Shown here piece after piece: positions 58,373 to 64,000 of a stretch of DNA of 64,000 nt. Source of the DNA: Escherichia coli (GTDB lineage: Bacteria; Pseudomonadota; Gammaproteobacteria; Enterobacterales; Enterobacteriaceae); assembly GCF_016026235.1 (NCBI RefSeq), contig NZ_CP065613.1; one strand, 5' to 3'. The translations under genes and the position numbers were made by a program. Position 1 is the stretch's first letter; each line of letters opens with the position of its first letter. The notes beneath the pieces were generated by a model. It was not told the DNA's origin. It saw nothing but the letters and a program-made list of their open reading frames with translations, and ran no database searches.

Positions 58373-59168
58373 GGTTCTCTCCAGCTTTAGTGTCGTTTTG
58401 TGTAGGGCAAAAACGAATGACATTCGTTAAATTAATCGGAAAACAAAGCATTACCTTTTAACTAAAAGATAAGTGACCGTGTTGACATAGTTTTAGCGAG
58501 AAATTAATTCTCCATAGGAGAGCAATATCACATCGCAGAATTACAGTGAGAACGTGCATAAATTTAGCGGGAAAAGACATAAGGGAAAGCCAATTTGTCA
58601 GACAAATTGTCGAATGCACAGCAGATTAATCCATAAGATTAGCCTGGAAATCCTTGTTGTCTTTGGTACCCATGCGGGATGTCTTCTTTTTAACCAGTCA
58701 ATAGGCCGCATTACCTGGCGTTGAGTTTTTGAAATGGTGTAATAACCGCAACTCAAAGATGTGGAAAATGCACGTCATTCATTTCGTCATTAATTATCAC
58801 TGTGCTCATTAATTAACATAACACGTATAATGAGAGCCATCTCGCAAAAATGAAAAAACGTTTTATAAAATCATCACTTCATCATGAATTCAAATTCATT
58901 GATTAATATCAACAAGATACAAAAAGCACTATCATTAAAATTCATTGCAGTTACATTGATTTCATCAATGAAATGTAAAAATATATAAACTTGATGATTT
59001 AAGCATTTTCTTATACCCGTTCAGACGTTATTCTTATTTCAGATCATCGTCAGAATTGACTCCACGATCACATTTCGGACCGGCAGAAAGGAATTATTCT
59101 GCAAACAGTAATTATGGTGTTTTGATTTATCTTGCACCTCTCCACTTCTGGATATAAGGATATTAGGT

Positions 59169-59672
59169 ATGGCAACCGCTGGAATGCTTCTCAAACTCAA
59201 CTCTCAAATGAACCGCGAGTTTTACGCATCCAATCTCTACCTTCACCTGAGTAACTGGTGTTCTGAACAGAGTCTGAACGGCACCGCCACTTTCCTTCGC
59301 GCCCAGGCACAGAGTAATGTGACCCAAATGATGCGCATGTTTAACTTTATGAAGAGTGTCGGCGCTACCCCCATCGTTAAAGCCATTGATGTTCCCAGTG
59401 AAAAACTGAACTCTCTGGAAGAACTGTTCCAAAAAACGATGGAAGAATACGAGCAACGTTCTAATACGTTGGCACAGTTAGCCGATGAAGCGAAAGAACT
59501 GAATGATGATTCAACCGTCAATTTCCTGCGCGATCTGGAAAAAGAACAGCAGCATGATGGTCTGTTGCTGCAAACCATTCTTGATGAAGTGCGCAGTGCG
59601 AAACTTGCGGGTATGTGCCCTGTGCAGACCGACCAACATGTTCTGAATGTCGTGTCACACCAGCTGCATTGA
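59169..59672 (+). CDS. ftnB: Ferritin-like protein FtnB
   Basis: 167 aa, recognised (yecI). Confidence 0.9.
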   Translation: MATAGMLLKLNSQMNREFYASNLYLHLSNWCSEQSLNGTATFLRAQAQSNVTQMMRMFNFMKSVGATPIVKAIDVPSEKLNSLEELFQKTMEEYEQRSNTLAQLADEAKELNDDSTVNFLRDLEKEQQHDGLLLQTILDEVRSAKLAGMCPVQTDQHVLNVVSHQLH

Positions 59673-59750
59673 TCATCATCGGCGCTAATGCATTGCGCCG
59701 ATGAAGGTTTTGAGAAACCGCTGCCTCATCTGTTTGAAGCAGCGGTTTTT

Positions 59751-60002
59751 TTAATGGGATTCACCCTGTGGGGTAAACTTGAGTTCAATAAGCGCGATGG
59801 CTTTTTGGATTGCCCGCATGGTGACCGGGTCTGCGGCGGCGGGATGGTTAGTAAAGTCGATATTCTTCAGCTGACTGGACATTTTTTCACGAACTTCAAC
59901 GGGCGCGATTACATCGAGAACATCCAGAATTTGTTTGATAACCAACTGGCAAGCAACCACATCAGAAACCAGTTCCTGATCGGCATTCAGCGGCTGGGAC
60001 AT
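59751..60002 (-). CDS. yecJ: DUF2766 protein YecJ
   Basis: 83 aa, recognised, plus synteny. Confidence 0.8.
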
Positions 60003-60116
60003 CGTAAACTCCTGATAGCATTTTGAAAGCCGTTATAGTAGCGGCTTCACATCTTCAGCGATAGTCACATCCACCGTCATCAGGACACAAAAAAACCTGC
60101 CGGAGCAGGTTTTTTG

Positions 60117-60203
60117 TTATCGGAACATATTGCCTGGCGGTACGTCTTTGAACGTCTTGCAATAGTTATTGAACATACTTTTCAGGATTTTGCGCAGTTT
60201 CAT
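60117..60203 (-). CDS. azuC: Small protein AzuC (28 aa) within the AzuCR dual-function RNA
   Basis: Hand translation gives MKLRKILKSMFNNYCKTFKDVPPGNMFR. The hairpin plus T-run terminator AAAAAACCTGCCGGAGCAGGTTTTTTG lies at 60089-60116. Confidence 0.8.
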   Translation of the reverse strand: MKLRKILKSMFNNYCKTFKDVPPGNMFR

Positions 60204-60465
60204 CGCGGCACTCCGACCATTTGTTATACAGGTGTTATTGTCTTTGCGCTTATAATATGACAACCATCACAAAAATCAATCTTTATGTGATACAAATCAC
60301 ATAAATACCCCTTTAATGTTATAAAAATGATAATCAAAAAACAGCCCCCCTATTTCTGACACCTACAGATGGCAAGAAATAGCGCCTGCCAGGCGTCTTT
60401 TCCGGCCATTGTCGCAGCGCTGTAACGCGTAAAATAGTGCTTTCTCTTACTCTTCTGGCTGGACC

Positions 60466-60789
60466 ATGAGACTTCTGATTCTGACTCTTTCATTAATAAC
60501 GCTGGCGGGGTGTACGGTTACTCGCCAAGCCCATGTGAGCGAAGTTGACGCGGCAACAGGTATTGTACGGTTGGTTTATGACCAGGCTTTTTTGCAGCAT
60601 GCCCATACCGATCGTTATGTCAGTCGCGGGATCGCCGATCGCGCATGCCAGCAGGAAGGCTATACCCACGCGATCCCCTTTGGTCAGCCAGTAGGCAACT
60701 GTAGCCTTTTTGCGGGTTCCTTATGTTTGAATACGGAATTCACTTTGTCATATCAGTGCCATCATTCCGCCTTCCCTGTCTTTCTCTAA
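60466..60789 (+). CDS. yecR: Lipoprotein YecR
   Basis: The lipobox is LAGC. 107 aa, recognised. Confidence 0.85.
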   Translation: MRLLILTLSLITLAGCTVTRQAHVSEVDAATGIVRLVYDQAFLQHAHTDRYVSRGIADRACQQEGYTHAIPFGQPVGNCSLFAGSLCLNTEFTLSYQCHHSAFPVFL

Positions 60790-60959
60790 ATATTTTAATC
60801 AGCGAGGGGATCTTCGCTGATTAAATAAATAGCGGTAATGCGTTTTATTCCCATTCGTATTTTTAATAATTGAAGTTTATATTTTACCTTTTGCAAATAA
60901 TAAAATAACAAATTATAGTGACGCCACAGCAACAAATATAACCTTTGTGGAGCACTATC

Positions 60960-61457
60960 ATGCTGAAACCAGAAATGATTGAAAAACTTAATGAGCAGAT
61001 GAACCTGGAACTGTACTCTTCACTGCTTTATCAGCAAATGAGCGCCTGGTGCAGCTATCATACCTTCGAAGGTGCTGCCGCGTTCCTGCGCCGTCACGCC
61101 CAGGAAGAGATGACGCATATGCAGCGTCTGTTTGATTACCTGACTGATACCGGCAATTTACCGCGTATTAATACCGTTGAATCTCCGTTTGCTGAATATT
61201 CCTCACTTGATGAATTATTCCAGGAAACCTATAAACACGAACAATTAATCACCCAGAAAATTAACGAACTGGCTCATGCTGCAATGACCAATCAGGACTA
61301 CCCAACATTTAATTTCCTGCAATGGTATGTTTCTGAGCAGCATGAAGAAGAGAAACTGTTCAAATCGATTATTGATAAATTAAGCCTGGCAGGCAAAAGC
61401 GGCGAAGGTCTGTATTTTATCGACAAAGAACTCTCTACCCTCGACACACAAAACTAA
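60960..61457 (+). CDS. ftnA: Ferritin FtnA
   Basis: [21 protein letters not shown]..., 165 aa. Confidence 0.95.
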
Positions 61458-61494
61458 TGCTCTCCGGCGGCAGGTTTACTGCCGCCGTTTCAAA

Positions 61495-61734
61495 TCAGTG
61501 ACGGCAAATCTTACTCTGATCGGTCGAAAAACCGTCTTTCGAAGGTATAAATTTGCCTTTTGCTGCCAGAAACGCTACCAGCTCTCCCGCTGTCATCCCT
61601 TCTGCCGAGCAGGTGTGAAAACGTGCCTGTTCACCAAAACGCGCTTTAATCGCAGCTTCCAGACTGGCATGCGTATATTGCTCGCCTGATTCAATCATCA
61701 TATTTAACACTTCATGACCGTGAATAGAGTCCAT
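61495..61734 (-). CDS. yecH: DUF2492 metal-binding protein YecH
   Basis: 79 aa, recognised. Confidence 0.85.
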   Translation of the reverse strand: MDSIHGHEVLNMMIESGEQYTHASLEAAIKARFGEQARFHTCSAEGMTAGELVAFLAAKGKFIPSKDGFSTDQSKICRH

Positions 61735-61924
61735 CGTCCCTCCTCAAAAAAAGCCTAGCGTAGCGATTGCCGCTTATGAAGACTTTGCGCCAGCGCAGGA
61801 CTGAATGCTTTTTATTGTACATTTATATTTACACCATATGTAACGTCGGTTTGACGAAGCAGCCGTTATGCCTTAACCTGCGCCGCAGATATCATTCATA
61901 AAGATCGTCAGGACAGAAGAAAGC

Positions 61925-63136
61925 GTGAAAAACAGAACCCTGGGAAGTGTTTTTATCGTGGCGGGAACCACAATTGGCGCAGGCATGCTGGCAATGCCGC
62001 TGGCTGCGGCCGGTGTTGGTTTTAGCGTTACGTTAATCTTGTTGATTGGGCTTTGGGCGTTGATGTGCTACACGGCGCTATTACTGCTGGAGGTGTACCA
62101 GCATGTTCCGGCAGATACCGGTCTGGGCACGCTGGCAAAACGCTATCTGGGACGCTACGGTCAATGGCTGACGGGCTTCAGTATGATGTTCTTAATGTAT
62201 GCTCTGACTGCGGCATACATCAGCGGTGCCGGTGAATTGTTGGCCTCCAGCATCAGCGACTGGACAGGTATTTCAATGTCGGCAACCGCTGGCGTGCTGT
62301 TGTTCACTTTTGTTGCCGGTGGCGTGGTTTGTGTTGGAACATCGCTGGTCGATTTATTTAACCGTTTTCTGTTCAGCGCCAAAATTATTTTTCTGGTGGT
62401 GATGCTGGTATTGCTGCTACCGCATATTCACAAAGTGAATCTTTTAACCCTGCCGTTGCAACAGGGGCTGGCTCTGTCAGCAATCCCGGTGATTTTTACC
62501 TCATTTGGTTTTCACGGTAGCGTGCCGAGTATTGTCAGCTATATGGATGGCAACGTTCGTAAGCTACGCTGGGTGTTTATAACCGGTAGTGCGATCCCCC
62601 TGGTGGCATATATTTTCTGGCAGGTGGCAACGCTTGGTAGCATTGATTCAACAACCTTTATGGGATTGCTGGCTAATCATGCTGGATTAAACGGGCTGTT
62701 ACAGGCGTTACGCGAAATGGTGGCCTCTCCGCATGTTGAGCTGGCAGTGCATTTATTTGCTGATTTAGCCCTCGCCACGTCATTTCTCGGCGTTGCGTTA
62801 GGCTTATTTGATTATCTGGCTGATTTATTTCAGCGTTCAAATACCGTTGGTGGACGGTTGCAAACTGGTGCAATTACCTTTCTGCCGCCGTTGGCGTTTG
62901 CACTGTTTTATCCACGAGGATTTGTGATGGCGCTGGGTTACGCCGGTGTGGCGCTGGCGGTACTGGCATTGATTATCCCTTCGCTGTTGACCTGGCAAAG
63001 CAGAAAGCACAATCCTCAGGCGGGTTACCGGGTGAAAGGTGGTCGTCCGGCGCTGGTGGTGGTGTTTCTCTGTGGTATTGCTGTGATTGGCGTGCAATTT
63101 TTGATTGCGGCAGAGTTGTTACCAGAAGTGGGGTGA
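61925..63136 (+). CDS. tyrP: Tyrosine-specific transporter TyrP
   Basis: GTG start, 403 aa, polytopic, recognised. Confidence 0.95.
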   Translation: MKNRTLGSVFIVAGTTIGAGMLAMPLAAAGVGFSVTLILLIGLWALMCYTALLLLEVYQHVPADTGLGTLAKRYLGRYGQWLTGFSMMFLMYALTAAYISGAGELLASSISDWTGISMSATAGVLLFTFVAGGVVCVGTSLVDLFNRFLFSAKIIFLVVMLVLLLPHIHKVNLLTLPLQQGLALSAIPVIFTSFGFHGSVPSIVSYMDGNVRKLRWVFITGSAIPLVAYIFWQVATLGSIDSTTFMGLLANHAGLNGLLQALREMVASPHVELAVHLFADLALATSFLGVALGLFDYLADLFQRSNTVGGRLQTGAITFLPPLAFALFYPRGFVMALGYAGVALAVLALIIPSLLTWQSRKHNPQAGYRVKGGRPALVVVFLCGIAVIGVQFLIAAELLPEVG

Positions 63137-63197
63137 TCAGATAGCCTCAAATTCCTTATTGGGTGCCAGAATTAACGCTGACACCCAATTTGACCTC

Positions 63198-63863
63198 TTA
63201 ATGCAGGCAGCACTGCTTAAATTTCTTACCACTACCGCACGGGCAAGGATCGTTACGCCCCGGTTTCTCTTCTGCTTTGATCGGTTGCTGAACAGCTTTT
63301 TCCTGCGGATGCGCCATCCAGTACGCATGTAGATCAAGCGCCGCCAGTCGAATGGCATCTACGCTCTCTTCAAACGCTTCTGGCGACATTTTCTCTACCC
63401 GCTCGAAGTTTTCCTCAGTACCGTGCAGCGCAATCGCCTCCAGCGCTGGTTTTAACGAATCGGGCAACGTTGACCAGTCAGAAAGTGCCACGCCCCGCAT
63501 ATAGCCAAAGCACCACTCCTCAACAATCGTCAGCTCGCTGCCATCAACTTCTCGCAAGCCGAATAACGGCTCAAACTGCTCCGGGAATTCGTTCAGACGC
63601 TCTGCGGTATCGGCCATATGTTGAAAAGCCAGGTTCATAAAGCGCGTCATCTCTTTCTCTGACGCCCAGCGCGGCACATAGTCAGCCCCACCCCACACGG
63701 CAACCAGCCACTGTGCCGGTTCAATCTCTTGCGGAGAACTCAACACCGCCGTCAATAAACCGTCCAGCTCCGCCACATCAAGGATGGCGTGGTCAGTGTT
63801 GTATTTGGTCAGAATATCGTCCAGCCATTCCAACTCACTTTCGTTTAACGGTCCCGTTTTCAT
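63198..63863 (-). CDS. yecA: UPF0149/SEC-C motif protein YecA
   Basis: 221 aa, with the C-terminal motif [16 protein letters not shown]. Confidence 0.93.
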   Translation of the reverse strand: MKTGPLNESELEWLDDILTKYNTDHAILDVAELDGLLTAVLSSPQEIEPAQWLVAVWGGADYVPRWASEKEMTRFMNLAFQHMADTAERLNEFPEQFEPLFGLREVDGSELTIVEEWCFGYMRGVALSDWSTLPDSLKPALEAIALHGTEENFERVEKMSPEAFEESVDAIRLAALDLHAYWMAHPQEKAVQQPIKAEEKPGRNDPCPCGSGKKFKQCCLH

Positions 63864-64000
63864 ACGCTTTTCCTTGTGGATCTCAACTCGCCAGCACCTA
63901 TCTTACATGCCGGTCCGTATCAGAGATACTTTTTGAGTGGCTTTGCCGGTGATTAAAAATTAAGGAGGGTGTAACGACAAGTTGCAGGCACAAAAAAACC

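Noticed and set aside
58424-59168. 745-bp AT-rich gap between araF and ftnB as a possible hidden gene or array
   Set aside because: The same large spacer exists in K-12 as I recall. It contains the araFGH control region. I found no periodic repeats, credible ORFs or RNA-like structure.

Overview
This window is an Escherichia/Shigella-type chromosome segment, identified by recognising the proteins from memory because no database was available. Three IS600 copies and decayed flagellar genes point to a Shigella-like lineage.

**1..~20850: the early, regulatory and lysis part of a lambdoid prophage inserted in yecE.**
- On the minus strand it carries cro-like, two Rha paralogues, O-like, DnaC-like, DnaB-like, RusA, Q, a PR'/tR' pair, tRNA-Ile2(CAU), an S21-type pinholin and a YdfR-like gene.
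- On the plus strand it carries a cI-like S24 repressor, a chain of small early genes, a small TM protein plus SPFH lipoprotein, xis and int.
- Three same-orientation 1264-bp IS600 copies, each with its own 3-bp target duplication, interrupt the helicase, the SPFH gene and the integrase.

**~20850..64000: core genes in K-12 order.**
- yecE', yecN, cmoAB, torZY, cutC, yecM, argS, yecT, flhEAB, cheZYBR, tap, tar, cheW, cheA, motBA, flhCD, uspC, otsAB, araHGF, ftnB, yecJ, azuC, yecR, ftnA, yecH, tyrP, yecA.
- flhB is broken by an amber codon. cheA has a 4-nt deletion and an amber codon. motA carries a 1.29-kb IS10-like element whose transposase is itself decayed.

**Most interesting locus.** An AT-rich two-gene insertion at 35797..38026 sits between flhB and cheZ, which I recall as adjacent in K-12. 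It encodes a diverged but motif-intact Dgt-family dGTPase. A 250-aa Pol-beta/CCA-head-type nucleotidyltransferase overlaps it by 32 nt. I cannot place this pairing in any named system, and I propose it as a candidate anti-phage or nucleotide-pool module.

**Secondary leads.**
- Both amber codons lie in CCTAGG, which is the Dcm 5-methylcytosine deamination signature.
- A TumE/TumA-like toxin-antitoxin (TA) pair lies antisense between two Rha-DUF4222 modules.
- The prophage slot after Q and the tRNA, where Stx phages carry stx, holds an orphan gene.
- Several immunity-adjacent orphan genes are present.

No CRISPR array, rRNA or stx genes were seen.
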